Shown piece by piece: positions 1 to 8,712 of a stretch of DNA of 58,827 bases (positions within the stretch are counted from its first letter, which is position 1; each line of letters starts with the position of its first letter). A program made the translations under genes and the position numbers. The notes below the pieces were generated by a model. It ran no database searches. It saw only the letters and a list, made by a program, of their open reading frames with translations, and was not told the origin of the DNA. The stretch is from an uncultured Gammaproteobacteria bacterium (lineage in GTDB: Bacteria > Pseudomonadota > Gammaproteobacteria > GCA-001735895), in contig CALCSG010000507.1 in assembly GCA_937894085.1 (NCBI GenBank), positions 1-58,827 of the forward strand, in the 5' to 3' direction.

Positions 1-166
1 CCATAAAGCGGCTAACACCCTTGGGAACGAGCGTTAAAATTTCATCCGAAACAAGGCGGTCATAGAAAATCACATCAGCAGTTTGAATAAGGCGTAAAGC
101 CTTAACTGTTAATAAATCTGGATCACCTGGGCCAGAACCCACCAAATAAACCATTCCTTTATCCAT
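1..166 (-). CDS. cobA: Uroporphyrinogen-III C-methyltransferase (CobA/CysG-B/NirE type), N-terminal part; runs off the window edge
   Basis: Not in the ORF track. Manual translation from ATG at 166 gives [55 protein letters not shown]. The VGxGPGDPxLLT...ADVxxYDRLV motif is characteristic of SUMT methyltransferases. Confidence 0.85.
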   Translation of the reverse strand, partial: MDKGMVYLVGSGPGDPDLLTVKALRLIQTADVIFYDRLVSDEILTLVPKGVSRFM

Positions 167-194
167 TACTATTTACCTAATTCTTTATAGTCAG

Positions 195-236
195 GATATC
201 TTGAAACTGAATCGGTAGCTTCAGATTCAAGATATC
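195..236. other. Inverted repeat/hairpin in the predicted 5' leader of the cobA/nirE-like gene
   Basis: GATATCTTGAA (195-205) pairs with TTCAAGATATC (226-236); inner stem CTGAA/TTCAG with an 8-nt loop. Confidence 0.45.
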
Positions 237-288
237 AAAAAATGGAGCATTTAAAGTAAGCTCATAAACATTTAACACATTAAAAGAG

Positions 289-330
289 AATTTAGACTTC
301 GCTAATATATTTAGCATTGATTATCATCAA
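289..330 (-). promoter_or_regulatory. Class II FNR/DNR-dependent promoter for the cobA/nirE-like gene
   Basis: Perfect TTGAT-TATC-ATCAA box at 317-330. Placing its centre at -41.5 puts the -10 at 294-289, which reads TAAATT on the minus strand. Confidence 0.75.
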
Positions 331-355
331 GTCCCCAAAGTAAGCCTTATTTCAC

Positions 356-369
356 TTGACCTGAATCAA
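356..369. promoter_or_regulatory. Second FNR/DNR box
   Basis: TTGAC-CTGA-ATCAA (9/10 to consensus), centred 39 bp from the first box. Confidence 0.6.
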
Positions 370-610
370 CTAGATTAAGCTCTTCCTTCAGTACTGGATG
401 CCAATAATATATAACTTAAGATTATCGTTATTGTTTAAAAATATTAAATTATAAAGTTATAAACACTATGCAGAGCAGCCATGAAAAGTTAGAAATAATC
501 TATATTAAGAAGAAAATTTGAGGAAAGGTATTTGTTCCAAAAAAAAACAGTGATGTTTTTACACCCTCTCTCAATATAGGCTATTTAATTCAAATTTAAA
601 CCTTAACGCA

Positions 611-831
611 GATAAAAAACTAAACACGATACCGACTGTAACCGCAAGCAAATGCTATTTCGACAGAACCCCATATTTGGGTGTCCTGATTCCAGAAAAT
701 TAGATAAAATACGAGGTTATTCCACAGTGATTTTACGCACTAAGGGAGAAATATTGTTTTCTCATGGAAAAACGGCTTTAAATTTTTATTTTGTCTTCAG
801 CGGCTTTATAAAATTAAGCCGCTATAACTGA
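611..831 (+). pseudogene. Decayed 5' fragment of a dnr-like Crp/Fnr gene
   Basis: 652-831 encodes MLFRQNPIFGCPDSRKLDKIRGYSTVILRTKGEILFSHGKTALNFYFVFSGFIKLSRYN*, colinear with LLRQNPLFGRLDDRQLGEMCNYSRVINLSEGEILFSHGEAAFNFYFVFSGLIKLYRQ of the next gene. Weak similarity extends upstream to about 611 across a frameshift. Confidence 0.8.
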
Positions 832-985
832 CTTAAAAGCATCCTGGCCACTCAGAGCATCCTTGAAAGATGGGCGTTATCTGACCTGTTGACAGAAGGA
901 ACATTTAAAAGGATGATTTAATACAATATTCAATTTGCCAGTTTTGTTGGAACTATTTTTTATTTTAAAGTTGTAGTGAGAATTT

Positions 986-1693
986 GTGGATATTAAATCA
1001 AATAATGAATCAAGCTGTAACAAAATGGAATCGTTATTGCGTCAAAATCCGCTTTTTGGACGGCTTGATGACAGACAATTAGGTGAAATGTGCAATTACT
1101 CAAGAGTTATCAATTTATCAGAAGGAGAAATATTATTTTCTCATGGGGAAGCAGCCTTTAATTTTTATTTTGTTTTCAGCGGTTTAATCAAACTCTATCG
1201 GCAATCGCCTTCGGGGCAGGAAAAAATTTTTGAGCTGGAAGAACCGGGCCAAATCTTTGCTGAAGCCTTAATGTTTTACGCACAAACAAATTACCCGGTC
1301 AGTGCTGCTGCGATGAAAGACTCGACAGTTGTAGCCATAAACTCTCGAAAATTTCTCCATATTTTAAAAAATTCATCAGAAACCTGTCTGTTAATCATGG
1401 GGGACCTTAGCAAACGCATGCATGAACTGATTAATAATATTGATGAATTAAGCTCATTAACAGGGCGCAATCGGGTCGCCACTTATCTACTGGATCAATC
1501 GATTAATAAGGGCTCGACATTCAAACTCGAAATTCCAAAAAATGCTATTGCATCAATGCTCTCATTACAACCTGAGACCTTTTCCAGGTTACTTAAGGAA
1601 CTCTCCAGAAAAAAAATTATTGCCGTTAAAGATAGTAATATTAAAATTATCGACCAGAACCTATTGAAAGATTTCGCCGGAATTTTAAATTGA
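986..1693 (+). CDS. dnr: Crp/Fnr-family regulator, DNR (NO/heme-sensing) type
   Basis: cNMP-like domain (GQEKIFE...FAEALMF...NYPVSA) and HTH LSLQPETFSR, closely resembling Pseudomonas DNR. The FNR Fe-S cysteine cluster is absent. GTG start at 986; alternative ATG at 1025. Confidence 0.8.
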   Translation: MDIKSNNESSCNKMESLLRQNPLFGRLDDRQLGEMCNYSRVINLSEGEILFSHGEAAFNFYFVFSGLIKLYRQSPSGQEKIFELEEPGQIFAEALMFYAQTNYPVSAAAMKDSTVVAINSRKFLHILKNSSETCLLIMGDLSKRMHELINNIDELSSLTGRNRVATYLLDQSINKGSTFKLEIPKNAIASMLSLQPETFSRLLKELSRKKIIAVKDSNIKIIDQNLLKDFAGILN

Positions 1694-1739
1694 TAAAACT
1701 TGTTTATCCAAAGCTAACTGAAAGAACGGTTTTTATTAA

Positions 1740-2720
1740 CTACGAAATAGCCTGATAATACTGATTCTGCGGATGCTTTGCTTCGGCAAAAAAGTACCAG
1801 CGTTCAGCCATTAAACCTATATACTGAACGGCGAAAGCCACCATCGGTAAAAATGCAGATTGCATGAAATAAGAAGCTACAATCAGTGCAACCGGCACCA
1901 GAAATACCAGTACCAGAAAAATACGACGCATTGAATTTACGAAAAAAGGCGATTTGTGATGAAAGAATTCACGGGTATTAAATGAGCCCCCCATAAAACC
2001 CTGAGTTTGTTGCCTGATGGTCTGGTGACGAACGCCAATCGCAGAGCTTAAATTGAAATTATGCCTGAGATTGCGATTCCTGATTAGCGATGCAAATCGA
2101 GTGATTGCTGAGATCAACGTAAAAATCACCGCCCAGGTGCCAAAGAAAGCGACCAGATCAATGCCTTCATAAGCACTAAAAGCCGCCGCAAACATAAAAC
2201 CGGAAGCCAGCCCAAGAAAGGTAAAGTTCACTACAGTCAGGGGGGTGTACCATTCTTTCAGAAATTTAAGACTGGCATAAATCATAGCTGTACTAAGAAA
2301 CAAAACGAAAGCCGCAATACTTGCCAGAAACCCGACTATAAGACTCAGGTCTACCGGTAGCGCGTCAGATACGGTGAATAATGGTTGCGTCCAGCCAAAA
2401 AAATGGATCAGGACATACAGAAATACCAGGCCCATAAAAACTGGCAGAACGATGACTTCACGTGATAGCCAGGAAGTACGCCACTGCGTAACGGCACGCC
2501 AGGCACGCTCGGGATGTCCAAGATGAAAAAAGGATGCCAGTAACCCACCTGCCAGAAATACCAGTGCGACAAAACCGCCAAGTGCATAAAAATTCTGACT
2601 TTCCTGAGCCGGTAGCAACTGGGCCAGGCTATAAACCTGGCCGGTAAAAAGCGCCAGAAACAGACCCTGACCTATGCCGATCAGGGTGGTGAGAAAAATT
2701 ACTGAAAAAGCGGGATGCAT
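1740..2720 (-). CDS. soeC: Sulfite dehydrogenase membrane anchor SoeC (DmsC family)
   Basis: MHPAFSVIFLTT start, SFFHLGHPERAWRA, ERWYFFAEAKHPQNQYY; multiple TM helices; follows soeAB. Confidence 0.85.
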   Translation of the reverse strand: MHPAFSVIFLTTLIGIGQGLFLALFTGQVYSLAQLLPAQESQNFYALGGFVALVFLAGGLLASFFHLGHPERAWRAVTQWRTSWLSREVIVLPVFMGLVFLYVLIHFFGWTQPLFTVSDALPVDLSLIVGFLASIAAFVLFLSTAMIYASLKFLKEWYTPLTVVNFTFLGLASGFMFAAAFSAYEGIDLVAFFGTWAVIFTLISAITRFASLIRNRNLRHNFNLSSAIGVRHQTIRQQTQGFMGGSFNTREFFHHKSPFFVNSMRRIFLVLVFLVPVALIVASYFMQSAFLPMVAFAVQYIGLMAERWYFFAEAKHPQNQYYQAIS

Positions 2721-2774
2721 ATTGTTAAATTCCTAAATTGATTGAATAGCCATGCATTTATTGACCATGCAGGA

Positions 2775-3500
2775 TTACCAGGCGACGTCATCGAGTGTTT
2801 CACTCTGTTGATCGAAAGGCTCTTCATCTTCTTTACGCAGCGGATTATCGGCACGTACCAGTTCATCATCTGATATATGAATTTGCTGTTTGCGCCTTGG
2901 CAGATAATGATTAGACGGACGTGCGCCCCATTCCGGTTGCAACTGATATCCGCCCTGTTCTCGGATCGCCCTGGATGCTTCTGAATCGGCATCATGCACA
3001 TCACCAAAAATACGTGCACTGGTCGGACAGGCCATCACACAGGCAGGTTTACGTTCTTCCTCTGGCAAGTTCTTATCATAGATACGGTCGACGCATAATG
3101 TACACTTTTTCATGACCTTGCCGAGTTCATCAAATTCACGTGCACCGTAAGGGCATGCCCATGAACAGTACTTACAACCGATACATTTGTCATAATCCAC
3201 CAGCACGATACCGTCTTCCTCGCGCTTATAGCTGGCGCCGGTAGGACATACCGGTACGCAAGGTGGATCTTCGCAATGCAAACAGGATTTCGGAAAATGC
3301 ACGGTTTCTGTATTCGGATAACAACCGACCTCGTAGGTCTGAACCCGGTTAAAGAATACACCGGATGGATCTTCGTCATACGGGCGTTGATCCGGTAACG
3401 GCCCCGCCCAACCGGATGTATTCCATTGTTTACAGCTAGTGACACAGGCGTGACAACCCACACATACATTTAAATCAATTACCAACGCAAGTTGTGTCAT
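2775..3500 (-). CDS. soeB: Sulfite dehydrogenase Fe-S subunit SoeB
   Basis: Four ferredoxin-type Cys groups (CVGCHAC, CLHCEDPPC, CIGCKYC, CTLC...PAC); overlaps the soeA stop. Confidence 0.88.
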   Translation of the reverse strand: MTQLALVIDLNVCVGCHACVTSCKQWNTSGWAGPLPDQRPYDEDPSGVFFNRVQTYEVGCYPNTETVHFPKSCLHCEDPPCVPVCPTGASYKREEDGIVLVDYDKCIGCKYCSWACPYGAREFDELGKVMKKCTLCVDRIYDKNLPEEERKPACVMACPTSARIFGDVHDADSEASRAIREQGGYQLQPEWGARPSNHYLPRRKQQIHISDDELVRADNPLRKEDEEPFDQQSETLDDVAW

Positions 3501-6406
3501 TTGATACCCTCTTTTTTACGAAAAACGCCTGCAAAATACGACTGCCATTTCCCATTTCGTTTCTTTTGCCCCGGCAACTGCTTAAGCATTGGAAATTGCG
3601 GTGAAGTCTCCTGCGGTTCAGCATCATCGGCTTTATATATTTTAACCCGTACATCAAACCACGCAGCCTGCCCGGTCACTGGGTCCGAGTTAGAGAGGTG
3701 ATCACCTGCCTCACATTTTGGTAATTCTTCCGGAATCAAATGATTTAACAGGAATCCCTTTTTCGACTCGTTAGCTTTAGCCGATAATCCCCAGGCACCC
3801 GGGGCTTTACCAATCGCATTCCAGGTCCATACCGTACCCGGCTCAACTGCTTCGGAGTAACGACACATACAACGTACTTTACCGGTTGGGGATTCAACCC
3901 AGATCCAGTCACCGTCCTCAATACCTTTTGGCTTAGCGGCAAGTGGATTCACAAACAGATAGTTATGGGTATGAATCTGACGCAACCAGGCATTTAATGA
4001 ATCCCACGAGTGGTACATCGCCATAGGACGTTGCGTCAGGGCATTCAATGGATAATCCTGGGTGTTAGATAAACGTGATAACAATGTTTCACTGTAAAAC
4101 GGTAGAGGGTCGAAATTCTGCTCAATGCGTTTACGCAGACGATCTGGTGGCTGACGCCCTGTTGTTTTACCCTGCGCTGCCAGACGGAATTTCTGCAGAG
4201 GTTCAGAATATAGATGAATAGTAATCGGCTCTGCATAACGCGTCATACCATGCGCACGTGCCCAGTTCAGGTAACCCTTGTTCCAGTTACGCATGTATTG
4301 ATAAGACTTGGGCAGTTCGTAATGATAAACACAGCCATTCTTCTGGTACATTTCCCACTGGCGTGGATTAGGTTCACCTTTCAGAAACTTCTCGCCGCCT
4401 GTTCCTCGCCAGCCGGCCAGAAAACCAATACCGGAACCGGGAGAGGTTTCATAGTTGGTTATAAAATCAGGATAATCACGATATTTTCGCTCACCATCTT
4501 TATCAACAAAAGCTGGCAGTCCCAGTCGTGATCCCAGTTCGATCAGCACTTCCTGAAATGGTTTACATTCACCGGTTGGCGGTACCACAGGAATACGTAC
4601 AGCATCCACCGGGCCGCTGTATTCGGAAATAGGACGATCTAACATAGATAGAGCATCGTGACGCTCCAGATAAGTTGTATCGGGTAGCACCAGGTCGGCA
4701 AACGCTACGGTTTCTGACTGGAATGCATCACACACGATCAGAAATGGAATCTTGTATTCGCCGTTTTCATCCTTGTCTTTCAGCATGTCTCGCACACTCA
4801 CCGTATTCATCGACGAATTCCATGCCATATTGGCCATGAACAGCAACATGGTATCGATTTTGTACGGATCACCTCGCCAGGCGTTGGTGATAACATTGTG
4901 CATCAGGCCGTGTACTGATAACGGATATTCCCAGGAAAAAGCCTTGTCGAGACGTACCGGCTCACCTTTATCATCGATGAACAAATCTTCGGGTTTGGCT
5001 GGCCAGCCCAGAGGCATACCGTCGAGTGGCGTATTTGGCTGCACGCCATGTTCACTATTAGGCGGTTTAGGACAAGGTGGAATTGGGCGCGGAAAAGGTG
5101 CCTTGTGACGGAACCCGCCCGGACGATCAATAGTACCCAACAGTGTCATCAGGATACTGAGTGCGCGAATCGACTGGAAACCATTGGAGTGAGCTGCCAG
5201 ACCGCGCATTGCGTGAAACGCAACCGGGTTACCCTTGACTGACTCATGCACATTATCCCAGCAATCTTCCCACTGAATAGGTAACTCGATCTGATGGTCA
5301 CGAGCGGTAACACCCATTTCATGAGCCAGACGGATTATGTCTTCAGCAGGAATGCCGGTGATGCCTTCCGCCCATTCAGGGGTATATTCCTCGACCCGTT
5401 CTTTCAATAGCTGAAATGCCGGTTTTACAGCAGTACCATCTTCCAGCGTAAATGAACCCATCAGGCGAGGATCGACACCTGGAGTATGAGTAGAAATTTC
5501 CCTGTCAATCGCTGGATCCCACCACAGTTTGTTTTCAGGATCAAAACAACCTTCTTCAATATGCATTTCAAAACGCTTGAACAGTCCATGATCATCACGT
5601 TTCTCATCAGTGACAACCAGTTCAGCAGAGTTAGTGTATTGAACCAGGAACTCACGGTCGTATAAACCCTGTTTGATTAACTGGTGGATAATAGCCAGGA
5701 TCAAAGCACCATCAGTCCCCGGTTTGATAGGTACCCATTCATCAGCAATAGCAGAGTAACCACTACGAATCGGGTTGATGGAAATAAACTTGCCACCGTG
5801 ACGTTTGAACTTGGATATATGTATTTTTAACGGGTTTGAATCATGATCTTCTGCAGTACCGAACATCACAAATAACTTGGCACGTTCCAGATCAGGGCCA
5901 CCAAATTCCCAGAATGAACCACCAATCGAATAGATCATTCCGGCTGCCATGTTCACCGAACAAAAACCACCATGGGCGGAATAATTAGGTGTACCGAACT
6001 GTTTGGCGAACATACCAGTGAGGGCCTGCATCTGATCACGCCCGGTACACAGGGCAAACTTTTTGGGATCGTCAGCACGAATTTTCGCCAACCGCTCTGC
6101 CATGATATCGAAGGCTTTTTCCCACGAGATTTCTTCAAATTCAGAATCACCACGTTCAGCGCCTGGCTTACGTAATAAAGGTTTGGTTATACGTGCCGGA
6201 GAATATTGCTTCATGATACCGGATGAACCCTTGGCGCAAATTACTCCCTGATTATGCGGATGTTTCGGGTTACCTTCGATATAACGTATCTCACCATCTC
6301 TCAGTGTGACTTTTATACCGCAACGACAGGCACACATGTAGCATGTAGTCTCTTTGACTTCTATATTGCCTATATCACGGTCCGATTGGCTCGTTGGATC
6401 CTGCAT
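3497..6406 (-). CDS. soeA: Sulfite dehydrogenase molybdopterin subunit SoeA (969 aa)
   Basis: TTCYMCACRC...CAKG [4Fe-4S] motif, GGFCSVN Mo-ligand region and C-terminal MPT dinucleotide domain; no Tat signal. Start set at ATG 6406 rather than the ORF-track 6484. Confidence 0.85.
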   Translation of the reverse strand: MQDPTSQSDRDIGNIEVKETTCYMCACRCGIKVTLRDGEIRYIEGNPKHPHNQGVICAKGSSGIMKQYSPARITKPLLRKPGAERGDSEFEEISWEKAFDIMAERLAKIRADDPKKFALCTGRDQMQALTGMFAKQFGTPNYSAHGGFCSVNMAAGMIYSIGGSFWEFGGPDLERAKLFVMFGTAEDHDSNPLKIHISKFKRHGGKFISINPIRSGYSAIADEWVPIKPGTDGALILAIIHQLIKQGLYDREFLVQYTNSAELVVTDEKRDDHGLFKRFEMHIEEGCFDPENKLWWDPAIDREISTHTPGVDPRLMGSFTLEDGTAVKPAFQLLKERVEEYTPEWAEGITGIPAEDIIRLAHEMGVTARDHQIELPIQWEDCWDNVHESVKGNPVAFHAMRGLAAHSNGFQSIRALSILMTLLGTIDRPGGFRHKAPFPRPIPPCPKPPNSEHGVQPNTPLDGMPLGWPAKPEDLFIDDKGEPVRLDKAFSWEYPLSVHGLMHNVITNAWRGDPYKIDTMLLFMANMAWNSSMNTVSVRDMLKDKDENGEYKIPFLIVCDAFQSETVAFADLVLPDTTYLERHDALSMLDRPISEYSGPVDAVRIPVVPPTGECKPFQEVLIELGSRLGLPAFVDKDGERKYRDYPDFITNYETSPGSGIGFLAGWRGTGGEKFLKGEPNPRQWEMYQKNGCVYHYELPKSYQYMRNWNKGYLNWARAHGMTRYAEPITIHLYSEPLQKFRLAAQGKTTGRQPPDRLRKRIEQNFDPLPFYSETLLSRLSNTQDYPLNALTQRPMAMYHSWDSLNAWLRQIHTHNYLFVNPLAAKPKGIEDGDWIWVESPTGKVRCMCRYSEAVEPGTVWTWNAIGKAPGAWGLSAKANESKKGFLLNHLIPEELPKCEAGDHLSNSDPVTGQAAWFDVRVKIYKADDAEPQETSPQFPMLKQLPGQKKRNGKWQSYFAGVFRKKEGIK

Positions 6407-6608
6407 ACCTGAATTTTCCCGTATAAAAAGTAAAAACTCCAGTCCCGAATAAAGGATTAACTGGAGTATCCATAAAGCTAACACATTAATTACTTTATTC
6501 TAATATTCAAATATTGATGGTGCAACCCCAGCATTGAAGGGGTATTAACAGCATAAGAGATAGGGGTTATATCTCTGATTGGGTGAAAGACCAACAAAGT
6601 GACCGAAT

Positions 6609-7307
6609 TCACCAGCTACACTGCCCGGATTTTTCCTGAAGCATTTTCAAATAATCCTGGTGATGGCCTAAATCCTCTTCAGATACTTTCCACAACGTTA
6701 ATCCTGCGTTATTGATTGTAGCAACCGAAACACCTTCAACATGATCTGCCTGTTCTCCATCTTCAGCTTCCAGAGTGAGCGCAGTCTGCCCGCCCGTCAT
6801 TAGCAGGTAAACTTCGGCTAAAATTTCAGAGTCGAGTAATGCTCCATGCAGTGTCCGGTGACTGTTATCTATTTCATAACGACGACATAAAGCATCCAGA
6901 TTATTTTTTTGCCCGGGATGCTTCTGCCGAGCCATCACCAGCGTATCCAGTACACTACATATTTCACCGATGGATGGCTTTGAGTCATCCAGTAATTTTA
7001 TTTCATTGTTCAGAAACCCGACATCGAACGGTGCATTATGAATGATTAACTCGGCACCTTTTATGTACTGCAGAAAATCATCAACCAGCTCATGAAAGCG
7101 TGGTTTATCCTGCAGAAATTCGTTACTGATACCATGTACATTAAAGGCTCCTGCATCAACTTCCCGATCCGGATTTATATAATGATGCCAGTGATTATCA
7201 GTTACCCGCCGGTTGATTACTTCAATGCAACCAATTTCAATAATTCGATGTCCCTGCGAAGGTTCTAAACCTGTCGTTTCTGTATCCAGAACTATTTGAC
7301 GTGCCAT
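6609..7307 (-). CDS. dnaQ: DNA polymerase III epsilon subunit
   Basis: RQIVLDTETTG, HNAPFD and HGALLDSEIL exonuclease motifs; C-terminal H..YL tail. Confidence 0.97.
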   Translation of the reverse strand: MARQIVLDTETTGLEPSQGHRIIEIGCIEVINRRVTDNHWHHYINPDREVDAGAFNVHGISNEFLQDKPRFHELVDDFLQYIKGAELIIHNAPFDVGFLNNEIKLLDDSKPSIGEICSVLDTLVMARQKHPGQKNNLDALCRRYEIDNSHRTLHGALLDSEILAEVYLLMTGGQTALTLEAEDGEQADHVEGVSVATINNAGLTLWKVSEEDLGHHQDYLKMLQEKSGQCSW

Positions 7308-7753
7308 TATCCTCTTCCTGTATTTTCATCAATACCCTGATTAGCCAGCTGATCGGCTATTTCATTGCCATGAACACCTGAATGTCCTTTAACCCAGTTC
7401 CATTTAATATTATGTCTGGAAGCTTCATTATCCAGCAACTGCCAGAGGTCAACATTCTTAACCGGCTTTTTCGCCGCTGTTTTCCAGCCATTTTTTTTCC
7501 AGCCAGCCATCCATTCGGTAATACCCTGCAGGACATATTTGGAATCGGTGTTTAAGTCAATATGACAGGGACGTTTGAGAGCCTTCAAACCTTCAATCAC
7601 TGCAGTCATTTCCATTCGATTATTAGTGGTTTCGGGAGCAAACCCGTATAAATTTTTACGAGAGCCATCGTATTCCAGATACACGCCCCAGCCACCGGGA
7701 CCCGGGTTGCCTCTACAGGCTCCATCAGTAAATAATATTACTTTATTTGTCAT
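7307..7753 (-). CDS. rnhA: Ribonuclease HI
   Basis: [42 protein letters not shown]. Confidence 0.97.
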   Translation of the reverse strand: MTNKVILFTDGACRGNPGPGGWGVYLEYDGSRKNLYGFAPETTNNRMEMTAVIEGLKALKRPCHIDLNTDSKYVLQGITEWMAGWKKNGWKTAAKKPVKNVDLWQLLDNEASRHNIKWNWVKGHSGVHGNEIADQLANQGIDENTGRG

Positions 7754-8639
7754 ATTTTTTAGTTGTCATGTTTAACCTGGAAATATCAATTGAGCGCGAA
7801 AAAGATATGTAAGGTATTGATATACACGGTGAATTAAGAACTTGCGTATTCTTGCGTGTTTTAACTGATTTTTCCAGGTTCAAGCCCCGGCCTACTGTGG
7901 GTCTTACCACGGGTGATAAAACCTGACGTTTAACCCAGCGCTGTCTGATCGGTGTTAAGGGAATGGTATTTTTTTCAAAGACTAAAATATTTAAGGCTGC
8001 AGAAAATTTCAACCAACGTTCACTAAATTTACTCAATATACGTGAGCGGGCAATCAGATTCGGATAATTGAAAGGCGGGATAAAGCCACATTTAAATTGA
8101 TGTAACTGATCAAAGCCTAATAAACTAGCCCAGTCATTCAGGCGTCCTGCCGTATAATAATGCCCGGCCCAGGGCGCATCATCCAGCCAGCCCTGCAACA
8201 TATGGCGCAAACCCCAGAAGGAAACAGGGTTGAAATCGATAATAATTAACTTTCCGTCAGGAATCAGCACCCTGTTTGCTTCACGCAAAATAGCATGCGG
8301 GTCTTTTGACTGGGATAGTGAATGCATCAGCACCACCAGATCTGTGCTATCACTGGCGACAGGCAAAGAACTACTATCAATCAACACCTGCTGCTGCCCA
8401 TCATCCCCCTGACCGAAGCGAAACACATGATTGATACGGCATTGCTGCATCAATTCAGCAGATTGATTAATGCAGCCCAATTGCACAGCATAATAACCAA
8501 AACTGGTTGCCAGCACCGAGTCCAGGCGACTTTTTATCTGTTCAACCAGATATTGGCCCAGAGCTGTTGAATACCAGGCATCCAAACTTAAAGAATGGTG
8601 CAAGTGATGATATTTTTTAAATTTTTTAGTAATTTTCAA
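7743..8639 (-). CDS. yafS: Class I SAM-dependent methyltransferase (YafS-like)
   Basis: [43 protein letters not shown]; usual position upstream of rnhA. Confidence 0.8.
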   Translation of the reverse strand: MKITKKFKKYHHLHHSLSLDAWYSTALGQYLVEQIKSRLDSVLATSFGYYAVQLGCINQSAELMQQCRINHVFRFGQGDDGQQQVLIDSSSLPVASDSTDLVVLMHSLSQSKDPHAILREANRVLIPDGKLIIIDFNPVSFWGLRHMLQGWLDDAPWAGHYYTAGRLNDWASLLGFDQLHQFKCGFIPPFNYPNLIARSRILSKFSERWLKFSAALNILVFEKNTIPLTPIRQRWVKRQVLSPVVRPTVGRGLNLEKSVKTRKNTQVLNSPCISIPYISFSRSIDISRLNMTTKKYDK

Positions 8640-8712
8640 CTATATAATAACCTTGCGTAATCAGCTTCTGCCTTGTAGCATCTGCCAGCAATAAAAACCA
8701 AAAGAAAGCCAA

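Noticed and set aside
1740-6406. Periplasmic DMSO, tetrathionate or polysulfide reductase interpretation
   Set aside because: No Tat signal on the catalytic subunit; the N-terminal TTCYMCACRC and the SoeC-like MHPAFSVIF anchor fit SoeABC better.
6407-6484. 26-aa N-terminal extension of SoeA in the ORF track (MLALWILQLILYSG...), which looks like a signal or TM segment
   Set aside because: It starts at a non-ATG codon and has no twin-Arg motif. SoeA-like sequence begins after ATG 6406, so this is most likely a longest-ORF artefact.
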